DNA of 64,000 nucleotides from an uncultured Gemmatimonadaceae bacterium (lineage in GTDB: Bacteria; Gemmatimonadota; Gemmatimonadetes; Gemmatimonadales; Gemmatimonadaceae), in the NCBI GenBank assembly GCA_963843845.1, contig CAWJMB010000003.1:224001-288000 (forward strand), in the 5' to 3' direction. Positions 38,266 through 48,494 of this stretch are shown here, piece by piece. Numbering within the stretch: the stretch's first letter is position 1; every line of letters starts with the position of its first letter. Below the pieces are notes generated by a model. That model did no database searches, was not told the origin of the DNA, and was given only the letters and a program-made list of their open reading frames with translations. Both the position numbers and the translations under genes were made by a program.

Positions 38266-38805
38266 ATGAGCAGCGCCTGGTTCGACGGATGGGCGGTGCT
38301 GCTGCGCACGCTGCTGGTCGGCACGGCCGCCTACGTCGCGCTCGTCGTGCTCCTGCGCGCGTCGGGGAAGCGCACGCTCGCGAAGCTCAACGCGTTCGAC
38401 CTCGTCGTCACCGTCGCGCTGGGATCGACGTTCGCGTCCCTCCTGACCTCGAAGGACGTCGCCCTCGCGCAGGGCGTCGTCGCCTTCGCGCTGCTCATCG
38501 GTCTCCAGTTCGTGGTGACGTGGGGGTCCGTGCGCTGGGACTGGCTGCGCGACGCGGTGCGGTCGGAGCCGACGCTGTTGCTGCACCGCGGCGCGCCCCT
38601 GACCGACGCGATGCGCCGCGAGCGCGTCACGCTCGGCGAGCTCGAAGCCTCCGCGCGCGCGGCCGGCGCGTCCGACCTCGCGCACGTCGAGAGCGTCGTG
38701 CTCGAGACCGACGGCTCGCTCAGCGTCGTACGCGCGGCGCCGAGCGCGGCGCCGAGCGCGGCGGGCGACCCGACGGCGTCGCTCACTTCGGCCGCGGGTC
38801 CGTGA
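38266..38805 (+). CDS. DUF421/YetF family membrane protein
   Basis: SGKRTLAKLNAFDLVVTVALGS, EPTLL, VLETDGSLSV. Confidence 0.9.
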   Translation: MSSAWFDGWAVLLRTLLVGTAAYVALVVLLRASGKRTLAKLNAFDLVVTVALGSTFASLLTSKDVALAQGVVAFALLIGLQFVVTWGSVRWDWLRDAVRSEPTLLLHRGAPLTDAMRRERVTLGELEASARAAGASDLAHVESVVLETDGSLSVVRAAPSAAPSAAGDPTASLTSAAGP

Positions 38806-39883
38806 GCTGGTCGCCCGGGTTCGGCCGCGCCCCATCGCGCTTCTGTCGCATCGCGTCGACGAGCGTGTGGGCGAGATTGCGCACCTCCTGCTGCACGGCG
38901 GCGTCGCGGTCGAGCGCCTCGTGGCTCGTCGCATACGGCTCCATGTAGCCGATGTAACGGTCGATCGTCGCGTGGTTCCCCGCCTGCTCGAGCTGCATGT
39001 CGAGCAGCCAGTCCGTGATCGCGCGCCGCGTGTTCTCGGCGCCCGCCGCGTCGCCGTGCGTGAACACGGTGAACTGCCGCCCCTTCAGGTGCCGCGGGTA
39101 GTCCCACCCCGCCAGCTCGAGCGCCTTCGCTTCCTCGGGCTGCTTGCCGTGCGTCGACGTCGGGTCCGGGTTGCCGCCGTCGGCGCACACGAGCCGGTCC
39201 ATCATCAGCTTCAACGCGCTCGGCGCCTGGTACCAGTAGACCGGCGTCACGATCATCACGCCGTGCGCGGCCACCCACCGCGGGTAGAGCTCGTTCATCC
39301 AGTCGTTCACCTGCGCCATCGCGTGGTTCGGGTAGCAGGAGCACGGCCAGTGGCAGAGCGGCATGGCCGTCGCGACGCACGACTTGCACGGCAGGATCTG
39401 CTTCCCGTACTCCGCCGTGAGCAGGCTGAGGTCGAGGAAGTCGCACTCGACGTCCGCCTCGCGCGCGAACACGTCCGCGGCGAGCTGCGCGAGGCGGTAC
39501 GTCTTCGGCGTCTCGCCCGGACACGTCTCGTTCGACCGCGCGGCCGCCGAGACGAGCAGCACGCGGCGCGGCCCGGCGGGGTCCTCGTGGCGGCGCTGCG
39601 CCTCGTGGACCGCGTCGCGCGCGGCGAGCCACTCGACCGGGAGGTCGAACTCGGGGTCGAAGAAGCCGGGCCCTGCCTTCCGCGTGCGCGGGCTCTTGTG
39701 ATACTCGTCGTAGGTCGTCCACGCGACGTCCATGACGCGGTCGATCTCGGCGCGCACGGCGTCGAACGCGGGGTCGTAGAACCGCTCGCCGAGCCGGCGC
39801 GCGAACTCCTCGCGGGAGAGCTTCGTGCTCGGCTGCTCGCGCCGGATCTCCGGGACGCGGGGGGACTCGTCGGACGAGGTCAT
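38783..39883 (-). CDS. Flavodoxin-like / NADPH-dependent FMN reductase family, Cys-rich
   Basis: TCPGETPKT, PCKSCVATAMPLCHWPCSCYP, TPVYWYQAPSALKLMMDRL. Confidence 0.88.
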   Translation of the reverse strand: MTSSDESPRVPEIRREQPSTKLSREEFARRLGERFYDPAFDAVRAEIDRVMDVAWTTYDEYHKSPRTRKAGPGFFDPEFDLPVEWLAARDAVHEAQRRHEDPAGPRRVLLVSAAARSNETCPGETPKTYRLAQLAADVFAREADVECDFLDLSLLTAEYGKQILPCKSCVATAMPLCHWPCSCYPNHAMAQVNDWMNELYPRWVAAHGVMIVTPVYWYQAPSALKLMMDRLVCADGGNPDPTSTHGKQPEEAKALELAGWDYPRHLKGRQFTVFTHGDAAGAENTRRAITDWLLDMQLEQAGNHATIDRYIGYMEPYATSHEALDRDAAVQQEVRNLAHTLVDAMRQKRDGARPNPGDQLTDPRPK

Positions 39884-40109
39884 GCGACGCGGGGATTGAA
39901 TGGTTCGGTGCGAGACCGGCGTGGACGCGATCGATCCGGCGAGCGGAGGGAACCGCGGCGCCTGTCGCACGCGCGGCGCGCCGGTGCAACCCGCGGGCCC
40001 GAGCCGACGATCGACCGCGACTTGCCGGCCGGAGCGCGCGAGCGTGCGACGGGCGAGCGAGCGACGAGCGAGCGTGCGCCGCCGCGGCGGGACCGACCCT
40101 CGCGCGTGA

Positions 40110-40127
40110 TGCGGGGTACACCCCGCT
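40110..40127. promoter_or_regulatory. Degenerate third copy of the TGC-N2-GGTATACC-N2-GCA palindrome
   Basis: TGCGGGGTACACCCCGCT, preceded by CGCGTGA as in the reverse complement of the 42951 copy. Confidence 0.5.
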
Positions 40128-40128
40128 C

Positions 40129-41938
40129 ATGCTCACTCCCGATCGACGCCGGCGCGCCGGCCTGACTTCTGCGCGACACGCCACGCGCTCACCTCTCGTC
40201 GGTGCCGCGGCGATGCTCGCGTCGATCCTCGGCGCGATGGCCGCGTCGCCGAGCGCGCAGGTCGCGCACGCCCTCGCCCCGTCGGCGGCGCACCGGCCGG
40301 CGCCCGACGCGGACCGACCCACGCTGCAGCCGGACTCGCTCGGCCGCGCGATCGCGCGGCTGACCGCCGGCTCGCCGCCGGCCGCGGGGTACGCGGCGCA
40401 TCGCTGGGCGCACGTCCGTCGGATCTACGCGGCGCGCGGCGGCACCCCGCTGTGGCTCGGCGACGCGGCAGGCGACCGTGCGACGACGCTGCTCGACACG
40501 GTGCGCAACGCGCCGGCCCAGGGGCTGCGCGTCGACGCGTACCCGCTCGACGCGGCGCGCGGCGCGCTCGACGCGCACCGACGCGCCCCCGGGTCGGCCG
40601 AGGCCGGCGCGCGCGCGGACGTGCTGCTGACGGCGACGCTCGTCGCCTACGCCGAGGACCTGCTGACCGGGCAGATCGACCCGCGCTCGGTGAATCGGGC
40701 GTGGCACATCGACCCGCGTGACGTGGACGTCGACAGCGCGCTGACGCGCACGCTCCGCGACGCGTCGTTCGCCGGCGCGCTCGCCCGGTTGCGCCCGCAG
40801 GACCCCGACTACGCGGCGCTCGTCGGCGGCGCTCGCGCGCTACCGGGCGATCGTCACGCCGCCGGCGGCTGGCCGCGCGTGCCGGACGTCGCGTGCTCCG
40901 GCCGGGCGACACCTCGACCGTCGGCGTGGCTCGGCGCGCTGATGGGTCGCCTGCACGCGGAGGGGTACGCCGAGGCGGCGCCGATCCGTCCCGCGGCGGC
41001 GACGGCCGTGGCGGCGACGGCCGTGGCGGCGAGCGGCGGCGGGACGGCGGGGCCGGCCACGCCCGCCGTGTACGACGCGACGCTCGCCGGCGCCGTGGCC
41101 GAGTACCAGCGTCGCCACGAGCTGGCCGTCGACAGCGTCGTCGGGCCGAACACGCTCGCGTCGCTGAACCGGCCGGCCGAGTACCGGCTGCGGCAGATCG
41201 CCGCGAACCTCGAGCGGCACCGCTGGATGCCGCACGACCGCGGCGACCGCTACGTGCTCGTCAACGTGCCGGCGTTCCGACTGCGCGCCTACGACGGCGG
41301 CCGCGAGGTGCTGACGATGAACGTCGTCGTCGGCGCGGAGTACGGCGGCCGGTCGACGCCGGTGTTCAGCGACTCGATGGCGTACGTCGTGTTCCGGCCG
41401 TACTGGAACGTCCCGAGCGGCATCGCGTCGCGCGAGCTGTGGCCGCAGCAGCGGCGCGACCCGAGCTACTTCCGGCGGAACGGCTACGAGGTCGTGCGCG
41501 CGAGCTGGGGCACCTACGTGCGGCAGAAGCCCGCGCCCGACAACGCGCTCGGCTTCGTGAAGTTCATCTTCCCGAACGACTACGCCATCTACCTGCACGA
41601 CACGCCGGCGCAGCGGTCTGTTCGCCGAGCGCGTGCGCGCGTTCAGCCACGGCTGCATCCGCGTCGAGCATCCCGACCAGCTCGCGGAGTTCGTGCTCGG
41701 ACCGCAGGGGTGGGACAGCGCACGCGTGCGCGCCGCGATGCACGACGGCGCGAACGATCGCCGCGTGGATCTCGACCGCAAGCTGCCCGTCTACATCGCG
41801 TACTTCACCGCCTACGGCCGCGACGGCGCGCTGCACTTCGCGAACGACATCTACGACCGGGACGACGCGCTCGTGCGCGCGGTGTCGGCCGCGTCGGACG
41901 ACGGGGCGGCGGGGCCCACCGGCCGCTCTTCCTCCTGA
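40129..41938 (+). CDS. L,D-transpeptidase, YcbB/LdtD-like (frameshift near 41620)
   Basis: PG-binding domain, NLERHRW, VNVPAFRL, PYWNVP, IYLHDTP, FSHGCIRV. Confidence 0.9.
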
Positions 41939-42813
41939 GGGCGCGGCGCGGCGACGTCCGGGAGGGAGACGACGTGGACGTCGCGCTGCGGAAAGGGAAT
42001 CGCGATGCGCGCCTCGCGGAGCGCCCACCAGATCGCCTCGTTCAGCGCCGACCGCGTGAGCCGGGCCGCCCACGGGTCCTCCGACCAGACGGACACCTCG
42101 AAGTTCACCGCGGAGTCGCCGAAGCCGGTGAGGAGCACACGCGGCTCGTATGACGTCAGGCGCCCCGGCAGCGCGGCGGCCGCGTCGTGGAGCACGGTCA
42201 TCACGCGGCGCAGGTCGGCGTCGTACGGAACGCCCACCGTGGCGCGGAGGCGGTAGACCGGATCGCGCAGCGTGAAGTTCGTGACCGTGTTCTGCACGAG
42301 CGTGGCGTTCGGGATGATGAGGTCCTCGTCGTCGCGCGTGCGGGCGACCGTCGCGCGCAGCCCCATGCGCGTCACGCGCACGACGCGCCCCTCGACTTCG
42401 AGCACGTCGCCGGGCTTGATCGTGCGCTCGGAGAGCAGGATGACGCCGGCGACGAAGTTCTGCGCCACGTTCTGCATCGCGAAGCCGATCGCGACGGCGA
42501 AGAACGCGCCCGCGGCGAACAGCGCGCCGAGGTCGACGCCGACGGTCTGGAGCGCGACGCCGAGACCGATCAGCACGACCGCGTAGTGCACGAGCCGCGT
42601 CGCGATGCCGACCGTGCCGACGTCCGATACGCCGCGGAGCGCGAACGCGCGGCGCGCGCCGCGCTGGGCGACGTGCGACGCTCCGCCGGTGGCGAGGAGG
42701 ATGAGCGCGAACACGATGAGCGTCGTCGGCGTGACGGGCGTGCCGGCGATCGTGAACAGGGGCGCCTCGAACAGGCGGCCCGCGAGTTCGGGCGCGACGG
42801 CGGTCAGCTGCAC
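41851..42813 (-). CDS. mscS: Small-conductance mechanosensitive channel
   Basis: GFAMQNVAQNFVAGVILL, IKPGD, MGLRAT, IIPN..VTN, IPFPQRDV. Confidence 0.92.
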   Translation of the reverse strand: MQLTAVAPELAGRLFEAPLFTIAGTPVTPTTLIVFALILLATGGASHVAQRGARRAFALRGVSDVGTVGIATRLVHYAVVLIGLGVALQTVGVDLGALFAAGAFFAVAIGFAMQNVAQNFVAGVILLSERTIKPGDVLEVEGRVVRVTRMGLRATVARTRDDEDLIIPNATLVQNTVTNFTLRDPVYRLRATVGVPYDADLRRVMTVLHDAAAALPGRLTSYEPRVLLTGFGDSAVNFEVSVWSEDPWAARLTRSALNEAIWWALREARIAIPFPQRDVHVVSLPDVAAPRPQEEERPVGPAAPSSDAADTARTSASSRS

Positions 42814-42950
42814 GCGCCCCCCGCGACGTCGACCGCACCCGGCGTGGCAGGCGTGGACGACGTCGACGACGCCGCCGCCGCCGACGTGTACCGCGGATCA
42901 CCGAGTCCGAGCATCGCCCCTCATCCGCGTCGCGGGCCGCCGCCGGCCGT

Positions 42951-42982
42951 TGCGTGGTATACCCTGCATCACGCGGAAGGTA
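42951..42982. promoter_or_regulatory. 32-bp repeated promoter/operator, copy A (upstream of mscS, overlapping the nhaP stop)
   Basis: TGCGTGGTATACCCTGCATCACGCGGAAGGTA, 30/32 identical to 47089-47120. Confidence 0.75.
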
Positions 42983-44594
42983 CGTCGGCGGGGGCGGGTC
43001 CCGATCCCCGCGCCGGGGGCTCGGGCCGATCCGCCTCCGCCGACTCCAGCTCGACGAGACGCGCGTCGACGTCGGCCGCCAGCGCCGCATACGGCTCCTC
43101 GCCGATCAGCCCCGAGTGCAGCGCTTCGCGCAGGTGCGTCCGCTCGCTCAGCAGCAGGTGGCGGCGCGTGCGGTGCACCTCCTCGTCGCGGACTTCGAGC
43201 CGCTCGAGTCGCAGCGCGTCGATCGCCTCCTTGGCCTGCCGGACCCTCGCGTCGTAGCCGACGCGGACCTCGTCCGCCACCTCGGCCGACACGCGCCGCG
43301 TCGCCGCCATCTGCGCGAGCTCGGCGAGCGCCTGCGAGGCGGTCTCGAGATCCGCCCGCGCGCGCTCGTACGCCGCCCGTTCGGCGCGCGCCCGCACGAC
43401 CCCGACCCGCCGCAGCAGCGGCCCCATCGTGAGCCCCTGGCCGAGGATCGACAGCGCGACCACGCCGAACGTCATCGTCACCACCAGGTCGCGGTACGGG
43501 AACGCCGCCGGGAGGCTGAGCGCGAGCACCATCGAGAGGCCGCCGCGCAGCCCGCCCCACGCCATCACCGGCACCCACGCGCGCGGGATCCGCTCGCGCG
43601 ACCCCCGCAGGAGCGTGGCGACGAGCGTCACGACGACGGCGCGCCCGAGCGTCACGGCGAGGAACGCGGCGAGGATCGCCGGCCACGACGCGCGCATCGC
43701 GCTGAGCCGCACCTCGAATCCGATGAGCAGGAACACGACGGAGTTGAGCGCGAACGCCACGTACTCCCAGAACACCTCGACGGCCACGCGCGTCGTCGGC
43801 GACATGCCGGTGCGGGCGCCGAAGTTGCCGCACAGCAGCCCCGCGACCACCGTTGCGATGACGCCCGAGACGTGGAGCTGCTCGGCGGCCGCGAACGCGC
43901 CGTACGCGGCGATGGTCGTGACGGTGATCTCGAGCATCGCGTCGTCGATGAGGCGGATCACCTGCGACGCGGCGAGCCCCACCGCCCCGCCGACCAGCGC
44001 GCCGGCGCCGACGATGACGATGAAATCGGCCACCATCCCCGACGCGGTGAGGTCGCCGCCGAGGACGAACGCGAGGATGAGGGTGAAGAAGACGACCGCC
44101 GTCCCGTCGTTCAGCAGGCTCTCTCCCTCCATCAGCACACCGAGCCGCTTGGGCGCGCCGAGCGTCTTGAAGATCGCGACCACCGCGATCGGGTCGGTCG
44201 CCGAGATGAGCGCGGCGAAGACGAGCGCGTGCGCCCAGCCGAACCCGGTCGTCGCGTCGGCGAGCCCGATCGCGCCGACCACGCTCGTGAGGATCGCCGC
44301 CGTCAGCGCGGTCGACAGCGCGACGCCGGGGACCGCGAGCGACGTCACGGCGCGCCGGTTCCGCCACAGCGCGCGCGCGTCGAGGTGGAACGCGGCCTCG
44401 AACACGAGCCCCGGCAGGAAGACGGCGAAGAGCAGCTCCTGCGTGAGGTGCGGCGCCTCGAACGCGTGCAGCTCGCCGAGCGCGAGCCCCGCGACGACGA
44501 GCGCCACGGTATACGGCACGCGCAGCCGCCGCGCGGCGATGGCGACGGCGGTGGCGACGAGCAGGAGGAGAACGACGATGGTTCCGGTGTGCAT
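42969..44594 (-). CDS. CPA1 Na+/H+ antiporter (NhaP-like)
   Basis: FLPGLVFEAA, ISATDPIAV, EGESLLNDG, HVSGVIA, WGGLRGGLS. Confidence 0.93.
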   Translation of the reverse strand: MHTGTIVVLLLLVATAVAIAARRLRVPYTVALVVAGLALGELHAFEAPHLTQELLFAVFLPGLVFEAAFHLDARALWRNRRAVTSLAVPGVALSTALTAAILTSVVGAIGLADATTGFGWAHALVFAALISATDPIAVVAIFKTLGAPKRLGVLMEGESLLNDGTAVVFFTLILAFVLGGDLTASGMVADFIVIVGAGALVGGAVGLAASQVIRLIDDAMLEITVTTIAAYGAFAAAEQLHVSGVIATVVAGLLCGNFGARTGMSPTTRVAVEVFWEYVAFALNSVVFLLIGFEVRLSAMRASWPAILAAFLAVTLGRAVVVTLVATLLRGSRERIPRAWVPVMAWGGLRGGLSMVLALSLPAAFPYRDLVVTMTFGVVALSILGQGLTMGPLLRRVGVVRARAERAAYERARADLETASQALAELAQMAATRRVSAEVADEVRVGYDARVRQAKEAIDALRLERLEVRDEEVHRTRRHLLLSERTHLREALHSGLIGEEPYAALAADVDARLVELESAEADRPEPPARGSGPAPADVPSA

Positions 44595-44610
44595 GGCAGG
44601 TGCGGGGGGA

Positions 44611-44665
44611 CGGACGGCGCGCGGACGGCGCGCGGACGGCGCGCGGACGGCGCGCGGACGGCGCG
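44611..44665. repeat. Intergenic 11-bp tandem repeat x5
   Basis: (CGGACGGCGCG)5 between clc and nhaP. Confidence 0.9.
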
Positions 44666-44699
44666 GAGGGTGCCTAACGCGAGGGGTCGGCGACGTCGC

Positions 44700-46529
44700 T
44701 CACGGCGCGCCGTCGGCGGGCGCGGTCACCGCCCGCTCGTAGAGCGCGAGGATGCGGCTGCGCGTGACGACGCCGACGAGCCGCCCGGTCGCCGGGTCGA
44801 CGACCGGGAGCGAGCCCTCGCCGCGCAGCCCCATGCGCCGCACCGCGTCGAGCAGCGAGTCGCCCGGCGCGAGCGTCTCCGACGGCTGCGCGACGTCGGC
44901 GGCGAGCAGCACGTGCTCGAGCGCCACCCCCGTGCGCGCGACGCGACCGAGGTCGGCGGCGGTGAGCACGCCGACGTACGCGCCCGCCGCGTCGACGACC
45001 GGGAAGAGCGTCTGGTCGCGGTGGCCGATGTGGTCGAGCAGCCCGACGACGCGCGCCTCCTCGTGCACGACCACCGGCGCGCGCTCGAACGCGTCGGCGA
45101 CGCGCAGCCCGGCGAGCGCGTCGCGGTCGGCACCGTGATCGATGTGCTCGCCGCGGCGGCGCAGCCAGCCGCTGTACAGGGTGTCTCGCGCGAGCACGCG
45201 CGTGACGAGCTGCGTGACGACGACGGCGATCATCAGCGGGACCACGATCGCATAGTCGTTCGTCATCTCGAACACGAGCAGGATGCCCGTGATCGGCGCG
45301 CCGGTCGCGCCGGCGACGAGCGCGCCCATGCCGACGATCGCGTATGCCTCCGGGGTGATCGGCAGCGTCGGGACGAGCGCGTGCAGCGCCACCCCGAACG
45401 CGCCCCCGGTCGCCGCGCCGACGTAGAGCGACGGGGTGAACAACCCGCCCGACCCGCCGCCGTGGAGCGTGACCGTCGTGACGAGGATCTTGCCCAACGC
45501 GAGCGCGAGCAGCGTGTACCAGGCGAGGCGGCCGAAGGCGTCCAGCGGGATCGCGAGGTGCCCGACGCCGACGAGGGCGCCGCGCGACGCGACCACGGCG
45601 GCGCCGACGGCCGCGCCGGCGGCCCACGGCACGAGCGCGCCTCCACGCCCGCGCGCCAGCGCCGCGACGCGCGCGCCCACCGCGAAGTAGGTGTGCACGA
45701 ACAGCGCCGACATCGCCCCGCACACCACGCCGAGGAGCGGGAAGTACAGCACGACCTCGCGGACGACGGTGTAGCCGTACTCCGCCGGGATCGGGAACGC
45801 CGGGTGGTTGCCGAACACGGCGCGCGAGACGACGGCGCCGACGACGCTCGCGACGACGACCGGCGCGAACGCCGTGACGCGGAAGTTGCCGAGGATCTCC
45901 TCGAGCGCGAAGAACGCCCCGGCCAGCGGGGCGTTGAACGCGGCCGCGATCGCCGCCGCCGCGCCGGCCCCGACGAGCACCGTCGTGCGCTCGGCCGAGA
46001 AGCGGAACAGGCGCCCGAGGAGCGACCCGGTGCCGGACCCCAGCACCGCGACCGGCCCCTCGCTCCCCGCCGAGCCGCCGCCGCCGATCGTGATCGCGCT
46101 CGCCGCCGCGCGGCCGAGCGCGGCCCGCATCGGCACGTGCCCGCCGCGGCGCACGACCGCGAGCTGCACGTCGGGAACGACCGCACCGTCGCCGCCGCGC
46201 CCGACCCGCTGCCACACGTGCCACGCGGCGGCGAGCGCGGCGCCGGTGAGGAAGGGTCGAACGAGCGCGCTCCGCCCGGCGGGCACGAGCGACGCGGGCC
46301 AGCGCACGAACGCGTCGTACGCGAGGTCGATCGCCTTGTAGAAGAGGATCACGCCGCCGGCCGCCGCGAGCCCGACGGCGACGGCGAAGAGCAGCAGCAC
46401 GCCGCTCTCCGTCAGCCCGAGTCGCTCGCCGACGCGCTCGAGCCGGTCCAGCCACCGCGCCCACCCGCCGAGCGCGCGCCGCCGGCCGAGCCGCCCGGTG
46501 GCGCGCGCTCGACGCGGGAAGCGCGTCAC
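44700..46529 (-). CDS. CLC chloride channel/antiporter with CBS pair
   Basis: GSAGSEGP (gating Glu), AAFNAPLAGAFFALEE, GGSGGLFTP, APITGILLVFEMT, C-terminal CBS. Confidence 0.93.
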   Translation of the reverse strand: MTRFPRRARATGRLGRRRALGGWARWLDRLERVGERLGLTESGVLLLFAVAVGLAAAGGVILFYKAIDLAYDAFVRWPASLVPAGRSALVRPFLTGAALAAAWHVWQRVGRGGDGAVVPDVQLAVVRRGGHVPMRAALGRAAASAITIGGGGSAGSEGPVAVLGSGTGSLLGRLFRFSAERTTVLVGAGAAAAIAAAFNAPLAGAFFALEEILGNFRVTAFAPVVVASVVGAVVSRAVFGNHPAFPIPAEYGYTVVREVVLYFPLLGVVCGAMSALFVHTYFAVGARVAALARGRGGALVPWAAGAAVGAAVVASRGALVGVGHLAIPLDAFGRLAWYTLLALALGKILVTTVTLHGGGSGGLFTPSLYVGAATGGAFGVALHALVPTLPITPEAYAIVGMGALVAGATGAPITGILLVFEMTNDYAIVVPLMIAVVVTQLVTRVLARDTLYSGWLRRRGEHIDHGADRDALAGLRVADAFERAPVVVHEEARVVGLLDHIGHRDQTLFPVVDAAGAYVGVLTAADLGRVARTGVALEHVLLAADVAQPSETLAPGDSLLDAVRRMGLRGEGSLPVVDPATGRLVGVVTRSRILALYERAVTAPADGAP

Positions 46530-47107
46530 GACGCGCGCCGACGCCGCCGGTCGCTCGCCTCGGTCGGCGCGTCCTCGAACAGCATCGCCGCCGGCCCGTC
46601 GGCGGCCCCCATCACCCGAGCGAGGGCGTCGAGGTCGGTCGCGAGACGGTCCACCGTCGCCGGGTCGAGCTGCTGGAGCGCTGCGAGCAGATCCTCGGTC
46701 GGCGAGCTGGGCGCGCGCGCCACGACGCGCACCCCCTTCGGCGTGAGCACGATCTCCATGCGGCGCCGGTCCTCGGCGCCGCGTACGCGGCGCACGAGGC
46801 CGCGGGCGGCGAGGCGGTCCACCATGCCGGCGGCCGACGAGCGGTCGGTCAGCGTGCGCGCCGCCAGCTCGCCGATCGACTGGCGCGGCACGGCGGCGAT
46901 CTGTCCCAGCACGAAGAGCTGCGCGGGACGCAGCGCGCTCTCGTCCTCGACCCGGCGCGCGGCGACACGCAGCACGCGGACGACGCGCCGGAAGCCGTCG
47001 AGTGCGGCGGCGACCCGGTCGTCGTGACGGGCGCCCTTCGAGCGGAGGCGTGACGGCATCGGTCCGGCGCTGTGCGTGCGGCGATCGGTGCGTGGTATAC
47101 CCTGCAT
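46526..47107 (-). CDS. MarR-family regulator
   Basis: SIGELAARTLTDRSS..VDRLAARGLVRR..EDRRRMEIVLT; start may be about 47059. Confidence 0.88.
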   Translation of the reverse strand: MQGIPRTDRRTHSAGPMPSRLRSKGARHDDRVAAALDGFRRVVRVLRVAARRVEDESALRPAQLFVLGQIAAVPRQSIGELAARTLTDRSSAAGMVDRLAARGLVRRVRGAEDRRRMEIVLTPKGVRVVARAPSSPTEDLLAALQQLDPATVDRLATDLDALARVMGAADGPAAMLFEDAPTEASDRRRRRAS

Positions 47108-47120
47108 TTCGCGGAAGGTA
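47089..47120. promoter_or_regulatory. 32-bp repeated promoter/operator, copy B (marR 5' end)
   Basis: TGCGTGGTATACCCTGCATTTCGCGGAAGGTA; on the minus strand a TACCTT -10-like box precedes the palindrome. Confidence 0.75.
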
Positions 47121-47181
47121 ATGCCGCCGTGCCGATCGAAGGGCGGCGCGGGCGCGGCGCGCCCGCCGGCTGCCTACCGCG

Positions 47182-48399
47182 CTACTGCGTGTCCGCGGCG
47201 CGCCGCGCCGGCAGCGCGAACGCGAAGCACGAGCCGCCCCCCCGCGGAAACGTCGCCCAGATGCGCCCGCCGAGCGCCTCGACGACGTCCTTGACGATGC
47301 TGAGACCGAGCCCCGTCCCCTCGACGTCGGCGGCCACCTCGGCGTGGGCGCGGAAGCCACGGGCGAAGAGCTGCGTCCGCTTCGCGGCCGGGACGCCGAG
47401 CCCGTTGTCGACGACCTCGACGATCAGCTCGGCGGTGCGGTCATGCCCGGGCTCGGTCACGTAGCCGCGCACCTCGGCCCACCGCGAGGGCGCGGCAGGG
47501 TTCGTGTACTTGATCGCGTTCGACAGGTAGTTCGTGACCGCCAGCTCGACCGCCGCAGCCGTGACCTCGACGGCGGGCAGATCGCGGAGCCGGATCTCGA
47601 CGCCCGCCGCGCGCGCCGCATCGCGCAGTTGCCGCGCCGCTTCGCCGACCGCCTGCGGCAGGAGCACGCGCCGCTGGTGCCGCGCGTCGACATCGACGCG
47701 CGACAGCTCGACGAGGTTGTCGAGCACGCCGCGCATCGCCTGGGCGTTGCGCCGCACGACGCCGACGAGCCGTCCGCGCTCCGGGTCGGACAGCCCGTCG
47801 AGCTCGACGAGCTCCGCCGCGCCCATGATCGCGCCGATCTGGTTCTTCAGCTCGTGCGTGACGGCGCGGTTGAAGCCGCGCAGCCGCTCCTCGCGCTCGG
47901 CGAGCGCGCTGCGCATCCGCTGGAGGTAGTGGGCGACGCTCGCCTCCTGAATGATCGCGATCGCGCGGAAGATGCGGTGTCCGCAGACGAGCAGCTCGTC
48001 CTTCTCGCACGGCTCGCTCATCTCGCGCACCGCGGCGACGAGGTGGGCGAACACGATGCCGCCGAGGATCTCGAACTCCTTGAGGATCTCGTACTCGTCG
48101 AACCGCTGCGCATGGCGCAGTCCGCCGAGCTCCATCGCCTTCGCGACGACCGGCGTGTCGGCAGCGATCTCCTGCGACGGGTGCTCGAGGTACGCCGCGA
48201 TCCCGTCGAGCAGCAGCGGAATGTGATCGAGCAGGTCGTCGGTCGGGAAGACGCGGTTCGGGTCGAGCGCGACGCGGGCACTGATCCGCTCGAGCCACCG
48301 CATCGCCAGCTCCTCCCGCGCGCTCCGAATGCGCTCGGCGAGGGCCGGAGCGAGCGGGCAGGGAGTGGTCAGGTCGACCGGCGGCGCGAGTCGCGTCAT
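47182..48399 (-). CDS. Cytoplasmic histidine kinase with RsbRD_N-like helical N-terminus
   Basis: LLDHIPLLLDGIA, VTHELKNQI, NYLSNAIKY, DNGLGV, GTGLGLSIV; no TM segment. Confidence 0.88.
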   Translation of the reverse strand: MTRLAPPVDLTTPCPLAPALAERIRSAREELAMRWLERISARVALDPNRVFPTDDLLDHIPLLLDGIAAYLEHPSQEIAADTPVVAKAMELGGLRHAQRFDEYEILKEFEILGGIVFAHLVAAVREMSEPCEKDELLVCGHRIFRAIAIIQEASVAHYLQRMRSALAEREERLRGFNRAVTHELKNQIGAIMGAAELVELDGLSDPERGRLVGVVRRNAQAMRGVLDNLVELSRVDVDARHQRRVLLPQAVGEAARQLRDAARAAGVEIRLRDLPAVEVTAAAVELAVTNYLSNAIKYTNPAAPSRWAEVRGYVTEPGHDRTAELIVEVVDNGLGVPAAKRTQLFARGFRAHAEVAADVEGTGLGLSIVKDVVEALGGRIWATFPRGGGSCFAFALPARRAADTQ

Positions 48400-48494
48400 C
48401 GTATCATCGTATCGCCGAGACGGGTGCGAGGACCAGGGCAAGGCGCCGAGCCCAGGTCAGAAACGCCCCGCGCTCGACGAGCGCGACGTTCGCG

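Noticed and set aside
42954..47027. 1357-aa plus-strand ORF
   Set aside because: Antisense shadow of nhaP/clc/marR, Arg-rich with no motifs, typical of high-GC DNA.
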